Notes under the pieces: generated by a model
What the model saw: only the letters and a program-made list of their open reading frames with translations
The model's database searches: none
Told to the model about the DNA's origin: nothing
Translations under genes and position numbers: made by a program
Shown: positions 39,310-48,569 of the stretch, piece by piece
How positions within the stretch are numbered: position 1 is the first letter of the stretch
Layout of the letters: every line of letters starts with the position of its first letter
Origin: an uncultured Acidobacteriota bacterium
Lineage (GTDB): Bacteria > Acidobacteriota > Vicinamibacteria > Vicinamibacterales > UBA2999
Length of the DNA stretch: 64,000 nt
NCBI GenBank assembly: GCA_963846425.1
Contig: CAWJVW010000002.1
Span: forward strand, 265,667-329,666
Reading direction: 5' to 3'

Positions 39310-39678
39310 TCAAAATCTCGATGGGCTCATCCCAATTCCCACGATGCTGCATGCCTGAACAGGCCGCAGCCCGAGCGCCTCAGCCCGTTCGATGAGTGCC
39401 GGGGATGCCGCTCCCGGATTGAACCACACCTCGATGATGCCCTTGGCCGCCAGCCCCTCGAGCAGTTGTTCACCAATTTCGGGGGGGACATAGACAGTTG
39501 CCAAGTCGATCACTCCCGGGAAATCCAGCACAGTTGGGTACGCCCGCTGTCCTTCAACCTCGTCGTGCGTCGGCGTGATCGGAATCGTCTGATAGCCCGC
39601 TTCGGTGAACGCGCGCAGCGCCTTGTTCCCAAACTTTCGCCGATCGGTGGAGGCGCCAATGACTGCAACGGTCTTCAT
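39310..39678 (-). CDS. CoA-binding domain protein (YccU/YneT-like)
   Basis: MKTVAVIGASTDRRKFGNKA Rossmann start. 122 aa from ATG 39678. Confidence 0.8.
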   Translation of the reverse strand: MKTVAVIGASTDRRKFGNKALRAFTEAGYQTIPITPTHDEVEGQRAYPTVLDFPGVIDLATVYVPPEIGEQLLEGLAAKGIIEVWFNPGAASPALIERAEALGLRPVQACSIVGIGMSPSRF

Positions 39679-39707
39679 TGAGCTGAGTATATGGCGTGAT
39701 CGACCAG

Positions 39708-39779
39708 CCCACGGCCCACGGTCCACGATTCATCACGCAGATCCTGGCGTTGTATCCGTAGGCCGTAGACCGTGGACCG
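39708..39779. repeat. inverted pair of heptamer arrays: (CCCACGG)x3 at 39708-39728 and (CCGTRGR)x3 at 39756-39779
   Basis: cccacgg cccacgg tccacga ... ccgtagg ccgtaga ccgtgga ccg. The right arm overlaps the GTG 39772 track start of the GT39 gene. Confidence 0.8.
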
Positions 39780-41505
39780 AATCCCGTGCCGGCCAGCGAA
39801 GTTCTGCGGCACGGTACAATCGTCGTCTGTGCGTCGTTCGACCATCCCTGTAGTACTGCTCGCCGCGCTCTCCTTCCTGACCGGGCTCGGCCGTGGTGCT
39901 ATCGCCGACACCGACGAAGCGTTCTATGCGGAGTCGGCCCGTGAAATGGTCGAGTCTGGTGACTGGCTCACGCCTCAGTTCAATTACGAACCGAGGTTCC
40001 AAAAGCCGGCGCTCTACTACTGGCTGACCGCTGCGGTCTACGTCGTGACCGGACCGAGTGAGTTTGGTGCGCGTCTGTGGTCGGGTCTGGCCGGTGTGGG
40101 GCTTGTGATCATCACGGCGGCGGTTGGCCGACGATGGCTTGACGAATCAGCGGGTCTGGTCGCAGGCGCGATTACTGCCACAGGTTTTGGCTACTTCGCG
40201 CTTGCGCGCATGTCGCTGCCCGACCTGCCACTGGCGTTCTGCATCACGCTCGCGATTTGGGCCGCGTTTGTCGCGGCACTCGAACGTGAGCGCCATCCCC
40301 GGCGATGGCTGCTGCTGGCGGCGGCGGCCGCGGCGCTGGGCTTTCTGATGAAAGGCCCGCTCGCAATCGTCATCCCCGCACTGGTCGTCCTGCCGATCCT
40401 GTTGATCGAGCGGCGCTCCTTCAACATCAAACCTGTCGACGTTCTGGTGGCCGCGATTGTGTTTCTCTCGGTGGCGTCACCCTGGTACATCGCCATGTGG
40501 CTGCGGCACGGAAGCGATTATCTCCAGGGCTTCTTCGTCGGCGACAACTTCGAGCGGTTCGCGACGTCACGCTTCAACGATCCGCGCCCCTGGTGGTTCT
40601 ACCTGCCGGTGCTGGCTGGCGGACTGCTGCCATGGACGCCGGTTGCGCTCGTCTGGGTCAGACCCGTGTCGGATTTCCTAAAGCGGCGACGTGATGTGGG
40701 AACTGTCGAACTCAGGTTGCTGCTCTGGACGGTGCTTCCGCTCGTCTTCTTCACGTTGTCGGTTGGCAAACAGCCGCGCTACGTGCTGCCGGTGCTCCCG
40801 CCGATGGCGTTGCTGCTCGCGAGCGCCATCATTGCCCGGACCAGTGAGTGGCATAGCCGGGGCGGCATGCGCGTCAGGCCGCGCCCCAATCTCACCGTGG
40901 TAGCGGGCTGTGTGCTTGCAGGACTGTTCCTAATCGCACTGGCCGTAATGCTGTACCGCGCGAAGCCGCTCTTCTTGAACGTTCCTGAATTAGCCACCCT
41001 CATCGTCGTCATTCTCACTGCAGGGGCGGGCACTGCCGTAGTCGCGGTCAGCTTGACGAGTGCGTGGCGTGCGGCGCCCGCCGTGCTCGCGCTCGGAGCG
41101 GCGGTGACCTTTGCCGCGCTGCCGTACGGCACCTTACCAGCCGCACACGTTTCTGCCGTCTCCGAGATGGCGCGTCTGGTCCGCGATGCGCGAACCGGCG
41201 GCGAGGCGATTGGCACTTACAAAGTCTTTGTTCGCAATCTGGTGTTCTACACCCGCACCAAGCACACCGATCTGATTCACGACGAGCACATCCTGGATTG
41301 GCTGGGCAAGAATCCACGCGCGCTGATCGTGTTGCCGACCTCCGAGGCCGAACGCCTTGAACGCGACCACGGCCTCAAACTGGATCGCGTGGCAGAGCGG
41401 CTGTACTTTGACGACGGCGGAATTCGCCCGCGGATGCTGCTCTGGCCAGATCCGCAGCGCGATCTGCAACGGGTCGCATTGGTAAGAGCCTTACGGGTTC
41501 AGTAG
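39772..41505 (+). CDS. GT39/ArnT-like glycosyltransferase (dolichyl-phosphate-mannose-protein mannosyltransferase family)
   Basis: Polytopic protein with the DTDEAFYAESAREMVESGDWLTPQFNYEPRFQKPALYYWL loop motif. The true start may be GTG 39829, because 39772 lies inside a repeat array. Confidence 0.8.
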   Translation: MDRIPCRPAKFCGTVQSSSVRRSTIPVVLLAALSFLTGLGRGAIADTDEAFYAESAREMVESGDWLTPQFNYEPRFQKPALYYWLTAAVYVVTGPSEFGARLWSGLAGVGLVIITAAVGRRWLDESAGLVAGAITATGFGYFALARMSLPDLPLAFCITLAIWAAFVAALERERHPRRWLLLAAAAAALGFLMKGPLAIVIPALVVLPILLIERRSFNIKPVDVLVAAIVFLSVASPWYIAMWLRHGSDYLQGFFVGDNFERFATSRFNDPRPWWFYLPVLAGGLLPWTPVALVWVRPVSDFLKRRRDVGTVELRLLLWTVLPLVFFTLSVGKQPRYVLPVLPPMALLLASAIIARTSEWHSRGGMRVRPRPNLTVVAGCVLAGLFLIALAVMLYRAKPLFLNVPELATLIVVILTAGAGTAVVAVSLTSAWRAAPAVLALGAAVTFAALPYGTLPAAHVSAVSEMARLVRDARTGGEAIGTYKVFVRNLVFYTRTKHTDLIHDEHILDWLGKNPRALIVLPTSEAERLERDHGLKLDRVAERLYFDDGGIRPRMLLWPDPQRDLQRVALVRALRVQ

Positions 41506-41633
41506 TTCAGAGGTTCAGAGGTTCAGGGGTTCGGTTCGAATGCCAAAGTTCGAGGATCTCTGTCGAGCCTCCTGAACCTTCTGAACCTCCTGAACCTCTG
41601 AACCTCTGAACCCCTGAACCTCTGAACCTCAGG
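41495..41633. repeat. inverted pair of GGTTCAGR octamer arrays (4.5 units at 41495-41535, 7 reverse-complement units at 41568-41628), candidate bidirectional terminator
   Basis: gggttcag tagttcag aggttcag aggttcag gggttcgg ... cctgaacc ttctgaacc tcctgaacc tctgaacc tctgaacc cctgaacc tctgaacc. It spans exactly stop codon to stop codon of two convergent genes. Confidence 0.92.
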
Positions 41634-43050
41634 CCTGCCGGTAATCCCAGAGCTTGCCGGGATTCAGAATCTGGTTCGGATCGAAGGCAAGCTTGACGCG
41701 CTTCATCAACGCGATCACATCGGGCGAGAGCTCGAGCCCCAGGTACGGGGCTTTTGCGAAGCCAATCCCGTGTTCGCCGCTGATGGATCCCTCCAGCGCG
41801 ACGACCCCTGCGAAGAGCGCGTGCTCCGCGGCCTTCGCACGCCGCATTTCGTCGGCGTTTGCGGGATCGCACATCACGTTGACGTGAATGTTGCCGTCTC
41901 CAGCGTGGCCGAAGCACGGAATCAGCAGACGGTATTCGCGGCGGAGTCGATCGACCAGATCGAACAACTGCGGGACGCGCCCGCGCGGGACGACCACGTC
42001 GTGGTTGATTTTGCGCGGAGCCAGCGCACGCAGCGCGAAGGAGAGCTCGCGGCGCGCCTCCCAGATGGCGTCACGCTCGGCTCCCGTGTTTGCCCGCTGA
42101 ACGGTGAGAGCGCCGGCGTGCCGACAAGCGCTGAGCACATGCGCCGACTCGTCCTCGACGCCACCGGCGTTGCCATCGACCTCGACGATGAGCAAAGCGC
42201 CGGTCTCCCTGGGAGCGAGGATTCGGCCGATGTGCTTCTCGACCGCGGACAGCGATTCGCGGTCAACGAGCTCGATGGTGGCGGGCAGCACACGTGCTGC
42301 CAACAACAGTGAAACGGCCGCGACGGCTCCACCCACATCGGCAAATGTCGCCTGCATGGTCGACTGAACCAGGGGCTTGGGCACCAGCCGCAGGGTAATT
42401 TCCGTGATGATTGCCAGCGTTCCTTCCGAACCGACGAGCAGCTGCGTGAGGTCATAGCCGACGACGTTCTTCACCGCCTTCGATCCCGTCCGGACGATCT
42501 CTCCCGTCGGAAGTACCGCTTCGAGCGCCAGGACGTACCGCTTGGTCGTGCCGTACTTCACCGCGCGTGGTCCGCCGGCGCATTCCGCGACGTTGCCGCC
42601 GATCGATGACTGGCGCAGGCTTGCGGGGTCTGGCGGATAGAACAGGCCCCGGCGCTCGACAGCGTCTTGCAAGTCTCCGGTGATGACATTCGGCTGTGTA
42701 ACGACGAGCAGGTTCTCGTCATCGATTTCGATGATGCGGTCGAGCCGTTCCATGGAGAGCACGACTCCGCCTCGAACGGGGACCGCTCCGCCCGTGTAGC
42801 CGGTACCTGCGCCGCGAACGACGAGTGGCACGCGATGCTCGTTGCACGTACGGGCGATGTCCGCAATTTCGGTCGTGCGTGCGGGACGCAGCACGAGGTC
42901 GGCCGCATGACCGATCTGAAGCGCGTCGCGCCCGTAGTCGGTGAGCGCCTCGGCGTCAGTCAGGACGTGTGCGGGCCCAACAATGGAGATAAACGCGCGA
43001 ACAAGGTCTGGCGTCACAAACGTCTGGTCGGCAGGGTGGGCGGTCCGCAA
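41629..43050 (-). CDS. FAD-linked oxidase (GlcD/D-lactate dehydrogenase family)
   Basis: FAD_binding_4 N-domain (PLVVRGAGTGYTGGAVP) and C-terminal GEHGIG motif. 473 aa. Confidence 0.85.
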   Translation of the reverse strand: MRTAHPADQTFVTPDLVRAFISIVGPAHVLTDAEALTDYGRDALQIGHAADLVLRPARTTEIADIARTCNEHRVPLVVRGAGTGYTGGAVPVRGGVVLSMERLDRIIEIDDENLLVVTQPNVITGDLQDAVERRGLFYPPDPASLRQSSIGGNVAECAGGPRAVKYGTTKRYVLALEAVLPTGEIVRTGSKAVKNVVGYDLTQLLVGSEGTLAIITEITLRLVPKPLVQSTMQATFADVGGAVAAVSLLLAARVLPATIELVDRESLSAVEKHIGRILAPRETGALLIVEVDGNAGGVEDESAHVLSACRHAGALTVQRANTGAERDAIWEARRELSFALRALAPRKINHDVVVPRGRVPQLFDLVDRLRREYRLLIPCFGHAGDGNIHVNVMCDPANADEMRRAKAAEHALFAGVVALEGSISGEHGIGFAKAPYLGLELSPDVIALMKRVKLAFDPNQILNPGKLWDYRQA

Positions 43051-43059
43051 ACCGACGGT

Positions 43060-44259
43060 TCAGACGGCGACGCCGCCCCGCTCTCGTCGATGCACGAATT
43101 CGTGAATACGACTGACCCCCTCCCGCAATTGGTCGAGTGAAGTCGCGTAGGAGATCCGAAAGAATCCAGGGGCGTCGAACCCTTCGCCTGCCGTCACGGC
43201 GACGTGAGCGTTCTCGAGGAGCGCTTCGGCAAACTCCGCCGTCGTCCGAACGCCGGCGGGCTCGAGGGCATCGACCGCGTACGGGAACAGGTAGAAGGCT
43301 CCTCGAGGCTTGACGCAGGTGAACCGATCGTCCTCGGTCAGCCATTCCCAGACGCGATCCCGGCGCGTGCGGTACTCGTCGAGCATGGTTTGGACGCTTT
43401 CCTGAGGACCTGTGAGCGCTGCAACCGCAGCCTTTTGCGTGATCGACGTGACGTTCGAGGTCGTGTGCCCCTGGATCGCGTTGAATGCGGCGGTTGCTTT
43501 CGCAGGCGCGATCGCCCAGCCACACCGCCACCCGGTCATGGCGTACGCCTTGGACGCCGCGCTGCAAATGACCGTACGATCGCGCAATCGTTCCGCCAGC
43601 ACCCGGACGAGATTGTGCGCAACCGGATCGTAGAGCAGTTTCTCGTAAGTGACATCGGCCACGATCCAGAGACCGCGCGTGGCAGCCGCATCGGCGATTG
43701 CCGCAAGCGCTTCTTCCGAAATCAGGGCACCGGTTGGATTGCAGGGCGAGTTGATGACAATGCCTTTCGTCCGCGCGGTGATGGCATTCACGATGGGCTC
43801 CGCGTGAATCGCAAAGCCGTCCTCGGCATGTGTCTGCACGATCACGGGCGTAGCGCCGGCAAGTTTGATTTGCTCAGGGATCGTCGGCCAGTAAGGTGCG
43901 TGCGTGATTACCTCGTCGCCGTCGTCGAACAGCACCATCGCGGCGTTGTACAGAGCCTGCTTGGCGCCGGCCGTGATGATGACTTCGTCAGGTCGATACT
44001 CGACGCCGTAATCCTGCCGGTAGCGACTGCACACCGCCTCGCGGAGCTCCATGATGCCTGCCGAAGGCGTGTACTTTGTGAAATTGGCGTCGATGGCCGC
44101 GCGCGCAGCTGCCTTGATGTGCTCCGGCGTTGGAAAGTCGGGCTCTCCGGCGCCAAGATCGACGACATCGACGCCCTGCCGGCGAAGTCGATCTGCTTCT
44201 GCCGTGACGCGGAGAGTTGGCGAGGGCGCGACGCGAGACATCCGAGTACTGAACATCAT
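43060..44259 (-). CDS. class I PLP-dependent aminotransferase (aspartate aminotransferase-like)
   Basis: SPCNPTG and the PLP-lysine region SASKAYAMTGWRCGW. 399 aa. Confidence 0.88.
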   Translation of the reverse strand: MMFSTRMSRVAPSPTLRVTAEADRLRRQGVDVVDLGAGEPDFPTPEHIKAAARAAIDANFTKYTPSAGIMELREAVCSRYRQDYGVEYRPDEVIITAGAKQALYNAAMVLFDDGDEVITHAPYWPTIPEQIKLAGATPVIVQTHAEDGFAIHAEPIVNAITARTKGIVINSPCNPTGALISEEALAAIADAAATRGLWIVADVTYEKLLYDPVAHNLVRVLAERLRDRTVICSAASKAYAMTGWRCGWAIAPAKATAAFNAIQGHTTSNVTSITQKAAVAALTGPQESVQTMLDEYRTRRDRVWEWLTEDDRFTCVKPRGAFYLFPYAVDALEPAGVRTTAEFAEALLENAHVAVTAGEGFDAPGFFRISYATSLDQLREGVSRIHEFVHRRERGGVAV

Positions 44260-44792
44260 GCTTTCCGATCGCGGGGCGGCCGGCCCTGCAAACTGGCCTG
44301 TTTCTGACGCAACCGTTGCTCGACGACAGGGGGGACGAGGCCGCCGACTTCGCCACCCAGCCGGAACACTTCCTTGATCAACCGAGAGCTCGTATAGGTG
44401 TACTGCTCCGCCGGCATCAGAAAGACCGTCTCCAGCTCATGATTCAGCCGGCGGTTCATGAGAGCCATCTGGAACTCATACTCGAAATCCGAGATCGCCC
44501 GCAGCCCTCGAATGATGGCATGCGCACGCTTACGACGGGCGTACTCGACCAGCAGACCGTGGAAGGTATCGATCTCCACGTTGGGCCGGTCGCGGAAGAC
44601 GTCGCGAAGCATCGAGACGCGCTCGTCAACGGTGAAGAGGGGTGTCTTGTCGGCGTTGACGAGGACAGCTATCACCACGTGATCAAAAATCGCGCAGCCA
44701 CGCTCGATGATGTCGACGTGTCCGTTGGTCAGCGGATCGAACGATCCCGGGCACACAGCAACGTGGGACGCGTTGGTAATCGGGCTGCTCAT
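44256..44792 (-). CDS. coaD: pantetheine-phosphate adenylyltransferase
   Basis: AVCPGSFDPLTNGHVDII signature. 4-nt overlaps with both neighbours. Confidence 0.93.
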   Translation of the reverse strand: MSSPITNASHVAVCPGSFDPLTNGHVDIIERGCAIFDHVVIAVLVNADKTPLFTVDERVSMLRDVFRDRPNVEIDTFHGLLVEYARRKRAHAIIRGLRAISDFEYEFQMALMNRRLNHELETVFLMPAEQYTYTSSRLIKEVFRLGGEVGGLVPPVVEQRLRQKQASLQGRPPRDRKA

Positions 44793-45328
44793 CGTGCCTC
44801 GAACATCGTGAGGGCGCTGTCGCCCGAGCGGACGGTTCGGATCGCATGCGTGCGATTCACGCTCGGCGGAGTCCGGCGCGACGCATGCTCCAGAATCAAG
44901 AGGCCTCCAGCCGCGAGATGCGCGGCTGCAGCGTCAAGGATGTCCGCGAGTGCAGCGAGCTCGTACGGCGGATCGAGCATGACCAAGTGAAATGGGTCGC
45001 CGTCGATTTCTTTCTGAAGCGCATGGCCCGCGGCGTCGCGGATGATAGCACAGCGGTCGCGCACGCCGCAGGCGACGGCGTTCTCCTCGATCAGCGCGAC
45101 CGCGCGGCGATCCTGCTCGATGAAGACGGCGCGGGCCGCGCCGCGGCTGAGTGCCTCGAGACCCAGTGCGCCCGAGCCAGCGAACACGTCAAGGACACGC
45201 GCGTCCGCCACGCGTGTGGCGATGATATTGAAGAGCGTCTCACGCAGCTTATCCGACGTCGGCCGCAGTCCATCCCATGTGGGCGCCTTCAATCGTCGTC
45301 CTTTGTTCGAACCGGCGATAATTCGCAT
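44789..45328 (-). CDS. rsmD: 16S rRNA (guanine966-N2)-methyltransferase RsmD
   Basis: MRIIAGSNKGRRL start, SAM motif LDVFAGSGALGLEA, DPPY motif, conserved rsmD-coaD order. Confidence 0.9.
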   Translation of the reverse strand: MRIIAGSNKGRRLKAPTWDGLRPTSDKLRETLFNIIATRVADARVLDVFAGSGALGLEALSRGAARAVFIEQDRRAVALIEENAVACGVRDRCAIIRDAAGHALQKEIDGDPFHLVMLDPPYELAALADILDAAAAHLAAGGLLILEHASRRTPPSVNRTHAIRTVRSGDSALTMFEAR

Positions 45329-45336
45329 CGAGTGTT

Positions 45337-45356
45337 CGCGGGACTAAAGTCCGGCG
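45337..45356. repeat. second (imperfect) copy of the CGCGGGACT-aa-AGTCCSGCG palindrome
   Basis: cgcgggactaaagtccggcg, flanked by direct GTTCGCG repeats, in the recG-rsmD spacer. Confidence 0.55.
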
Positions 45357-45383
45357 TTCGCGAGACGTTTGCTGAGCCGTAAA

Positions 45384-45423
45384 TCGGAGACGGAGTCCGA
45401 CCGGAGACCGGAGACCGGAGACC
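45384..45423. repeat. heptamer array of the ACCGGAG family (3 perfect CCGGAGA units at 45401-45421 plus degenerate units)
   Basis: tcggaga cggagt ccga ccggaga ccggaga ccggaga cc, abutting the recG stop codon (45424-45426). Confidence 0.85.
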
Positions 45424-47526
45424 TCATCCAACGGTAATCAGGCCAAATTGCCGCTGCCACACATTCTGGACGTAACGCTGCTCGGCATCGGTGAGCGTGC
45501 GCGCATCCACGCGTTTGCGCGCCTCGTTGAAAGCCAACTCGAGCAGCTCCACATCGCGGGTCAGGTCGCCCGCACGCAGCTGCGGTAGTCCATGCTGGCG
45601 GGTGCCAAAAAAATCCCCGGGACCTCGAAGTTGCAGGTCGCGTTCCGCAATCACAAATCCGTCGTTGGTGTCAGCCATGGCCTTGAGCCGCTCGCGCGCC
45701 TCTTCGGACCAGGGCGCCTGATACAGCAGCACACAGACCGATTCGCTGCTGCCTCGCCCGACCCGCCCGCGCAGCTGATGAAGCTGCGACAGGCCAAATC
45801 GCTCGGCATGTTCGACAACCATGATCGTGGCGTTTGGTACGTCAACACCGACCTCAACCACGGTCGTGGCGACCAGGATGTCCAGCCTGCCTGCCGAAAA
45901 CTCGCGCATCACCGAGGTCTTGTCGTCGGCCTTCATGCGACCGTGTACGAGTGCCACTGTCAGCTCCGGAAAGACGTCGCGCGCGAGGTGTTCAGCCATC
46001 GCAGTTGCGGCCTTGAGGTCGACTTTTTCGGACTCTTCGACGAGCGGATAGACCACATACGCCTGCCGACCCGACCGAATCTCCTGTCGCACCAGATCGT
46101 AAACATCCTCTCGACGCGAGTCGGGCTTGACGAGCGTGCGTACGGGCCTTCGCCCCGGAGGCAGCCCGCGAATGACTGAGATTTCCATGTCACCGCATTC
46201 CGTTAACGCCAGCGTCCGCGGAATCGGGGTCGCTGTCATGACCAGGACGTCAGGGTTGAGGCCCTTCCCCGCAAGAGTCGCGCGTTGCAGAACCCCGAAA
46301 CGATGCTGCTCGTCGACAACCGCCAGGGCGAGCGCGCGGAATTTGACGTGCTCCTGCACGAGTGCGTGGGTGCCGACGACGAGATGAACGTCGCCGCGTT
46401 CAATAGCCGGCAACAGCGTCCGCCGTTCTGCTGGCGTGATTCTGCCGGTCAGCAGCGCGACACGGTAACGTGTGGCGGCCAGCCAGGTTGAAAGCGTTGC
46501 CAGATGTTGTTCGGCGAGAATTTCCGTCGGCGCCATGAACGCCACCTGAAATCCGTTCTCCATGGCGACAATCGCCGCCAGCAAGGCAACGATGGTCTTA
46601 CCGGCACCGACGTCGCCTTGCAGGAGTCGCTGCATCGGCCACGGCTTCTGCATGTCGGCGACGATTTCGGCGAGCGCCTGTCGTTGTCCTTCCGTCAGCT
46701 TGAACGGAAGCACTGCCCGCGCCGCCTGCCGCACCCGGTCGTCAACCGAGCACACCAGCGCCTTGCGCACCTCGGCGTTCTGCTGACGACGGAGGGCCAG
46801 CCCCGTTTGAAAAACGAAGAAGTCCTCGAAAATCAACCGCCGCTGGGCGAGAGTGCGGAAAGCATTGAGTGCCTCCACCGAGGTGCTGGCATCAGGAAAA
46901 TGCGCTTGCACGAGCGCCTCGCGACGTGCCGGCCATCGCTCTCGCTCCCGCACATCAGCGGGGACGGGATCGAAGAGGACCTCCGGAAGTTGTTCGAGCG
47001 CTTGCCACACGAAGCGCCGCTGCATGTTCGTCGTGACACTGCCCGTCCGCTCGTAGACGGGTACGATGCGTCCCGTGTGCAGGGTCGAAGGCTCATCGTT
47101 TTCGGTGTCTCGGATGATCTCGAATTCCGGGTCCGTCAGCTGCAAGCCTCGTGATCCCCAGTGTTCAGCCTTGCCGTACAACACGACGTGCTGGTGTGGG
47201 CGAATCACATCTTTCAAAAAGGCCTGATTGGGCCACACCGCTTGGATCTGGCCGCTTGGGTCCTGCAGCAGCGCTGTGAAGAGGCGAAACCCCGCGCGCC
47301 GGGTCGTCTGCAGGCTTGCATGCAGCACTTCCCCACTGACGGCGACGGTTTGGCCCGGCCGGATCGAAACGATCGGCTGCAGCCGGCTGCGGTCTTCATA
47401 GCGAAGTGGAAATCGAAAGAGCAGATCTTCGACCGTTACAAGGCCCGCCTTCTTCAAATCCATGGCCTTGCGCGGGCCGACGCCCTTTAAAAACTGCAGC
47501 GGGAGTTGCAGGACGTCATCGTCCAC
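45424..47526 (-). CDS. recG: ATP-dependent DNA helicase RecG
   Basis: Wedge/OB N-domain, helicase motifs GDVGAGKT and VDEQHRFG, 700 aa, GTG start. Confidence 0.95.
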   Translation of the reverse strand: MDDDVLQLPLQFLKGVGPRKAMDLKKAGLVTVEDLLFRFPLRYEDRSRLQPIVSIRPGQTVAVSGEVLHASLQTTRRAGFRLFTALLQDPSGQIQAVWPNQAFLKDVIRPHQHVVLYGKAEHWGSRGLQLTDPEFEIIRDTENDEPSTLHTGRIVPVYERTGSVTTNMQRRFVWQALEQLPEVLFDPVPADVRERERWPARREALVQAHFPDASTSVEALNAFRTLAQRRLIFEDFFVFQTGLALRRQQNAEVRKALVCSVDDRVRQAARAVLPFKLTEGQRQALAEIVADMQKPWPMQRLLQGDVGAGKTIVALLAAIVAMENGFQVAFMAPTEILAEQHLATLSTWLAATRYRVALLTGRITPAERRTLLPAIERGDVHLVVGTHALVQEHVKFRALALAVVDEQHRFGVLQRATLAGKGLNPDVLVMTATPIPRTLALTECGDMEISVIRGLPPGRRPVRTLVKPDSRREDVYDLVRQEIRSGRQAYVVYPLVEESEKVDLKAATAMAEHLARDVFPELTVALVHGRMKADDKTSVMREFSAGRLDILVATTVVEVGVDVPNATIMVVEHAERFGLSQLHQLRGRVGRGSSESVCVLLYQAPWSEEARERLKAMADTNDGFVIAERDLQLRGPGDFFGTRQHGLPQLRAGDLTRDVELLELAFNEARKRVDARTLTDAEQRYVQNVWQRQFGLITVG

Positions 47527-47551
47527 ACAGCGATGTTACTGCACCAAAATA

Positions 47552-47604
47552 GGTTCAGAGGTTCAGCAGTTCAGAGGTTCAGTAGTTCAGGGGTTCCGTC
47601 AGGG
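47552..47604. repeat. octamer array (GGTTCAGN)x6
   Basis: ggttcaga ggttcagc agttcaga ggttcagt agttcagg ggttccgt caggg, 25 nt upstream of the recG start on the opposite strand. Confidence 0.9.
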
Positions 47605-47659
47605 TGCCGCCGGGAAAAGAGCGGCTTACAAAGTGAGTTCGGCCTGCCAAAGGCTCCCT

Positions 47660-47911
47660 ATGACCACGCGAGTTGTCTACAACGGCGCCGAGATGGTCGA
47701 GGGTTGGCCGGAGCGGATCCAGGAGGCCCAAAAGGTTCTCGAGTACTCCATCGCGATAGGATGCGACTGTGAGGTTAGGGGGCGCTTTGGTTGCGACACC
47801 CTACTGCTGGCTTACGGTCTTAGCGCCGCTCCGCTCTTCACCGTGGCGTTCTACGTGCTTTCAGGTATTGCCCGGCTGATTATTCATCTCGCCAGACGAT
47901 TCTCACCTTAA
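47660..47911 (+). CDS. small hypothetical protein with C-terminal hydrophobic helix (weakly supported)
   Basis: 83 codons from ATG 47660. GC is visibly lower than in the flanking genes. No RBS and no family features. Confidence 0.3.
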   Translation: MTTRVVYNGAEMVEGWPERIQEAQKVLEYSIAIGCDCEVRGRFGCDTLLLAYGLSAAPLFTVAFYVLSGIARLIIHLARRFSP

Positions 47912-47963
47912 CTAGAGTGATCGCTTGTGCCAAGACCAGCCGCAACAGCTTCAACTGAGCCGC

Positions 47964-48548
47964 TTACTGAACAACGATCGCTCGTCCCTTGTCGACGGCA
48001 ATGCTCCGGATCTCAGCGGGGAGTGCGAAGGGGTCGTCGATATTGATCCCACGCGGATTGTCATCCGTGCGCGTGTAGAACGAGACGATCTCCTGCAAGA
48101 AGGTCTTGGGAATGGGAATGCCGCTGACTTCAGCAGTTTCGAGGACGAAACGGCCCTGGCCGTCCTTGGTGTGCAAGACGCCGCTCGCCGTCACCGGCAG
48201 ACGGCCTGTGAGATAGCTCGTGGGATCGAACCAGCCGCCGCTGCTCTTTTTCTCGCGGATGACATCGAGATCGACAACCGCGCGTCCATTGAGCCGGCCC
48301 TGTCCCTGGATCCCGATGGAAGGGTCAGTGACGCCTACCGGTAGCTGCGAGCCTGCTCTGAAGCGAAGATAGGAATTCACCTCGCCCTCGGTGAGAATGG
48401 TCTGCCGCTCGCGATCGCTTGTCGATTCGGCGTGCCGGACGATCTGGGTGAGTTTTTGCTGGAAGGCGTCGGCCTGCTGCTGGGAAACGTTCGTGGGAGC
48501 GGCGCCCATGACCACGACTCCCGACAGATACAGTGCGAGGGCTTTCAT
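47964..48548 (-). CDS. exported hypothetical protein (last gene of the ECF envelope-stress operon)
   Basis: Signal-like N-terminus MKALALYLSGVVVMGAAP. It follows the LTXXQ protein gene after 21 nt. Confidence 0.55.
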   Translation of the reverse strand: MKALALYLSGVVVMGAAPTNVSQQQADAFQQKLTQIVRHAESTSDRERQTILTEGEVNSYLRFRAGSQLPVGVTDPSIGIQGQGRLNGRAVVDLDVIREKKSSGGWFDPTSYLTGRLPVTASGVLHTKDGQGRFVLETAEVSGIPIPKTFLQEIVSFYTRTDDNPRGINIDDPFALPAEIRSIAVDKGRAIVVQ

Positions 48549-48569
48549 CCTTCTATCTTAAGACGAGGA

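Noticed and set aside
41507-41917. Track ORF 41507..41917 (136 aa) and other ORFs starting inside repeat arrays (for example 47462..47911 N-terminus, 62548..62916, 52241..52492)
   Set aside because: They begin within or run through tandem repeats and are antisense to, or out of frame with, well-supported genes. They show no coding-like sequence features.
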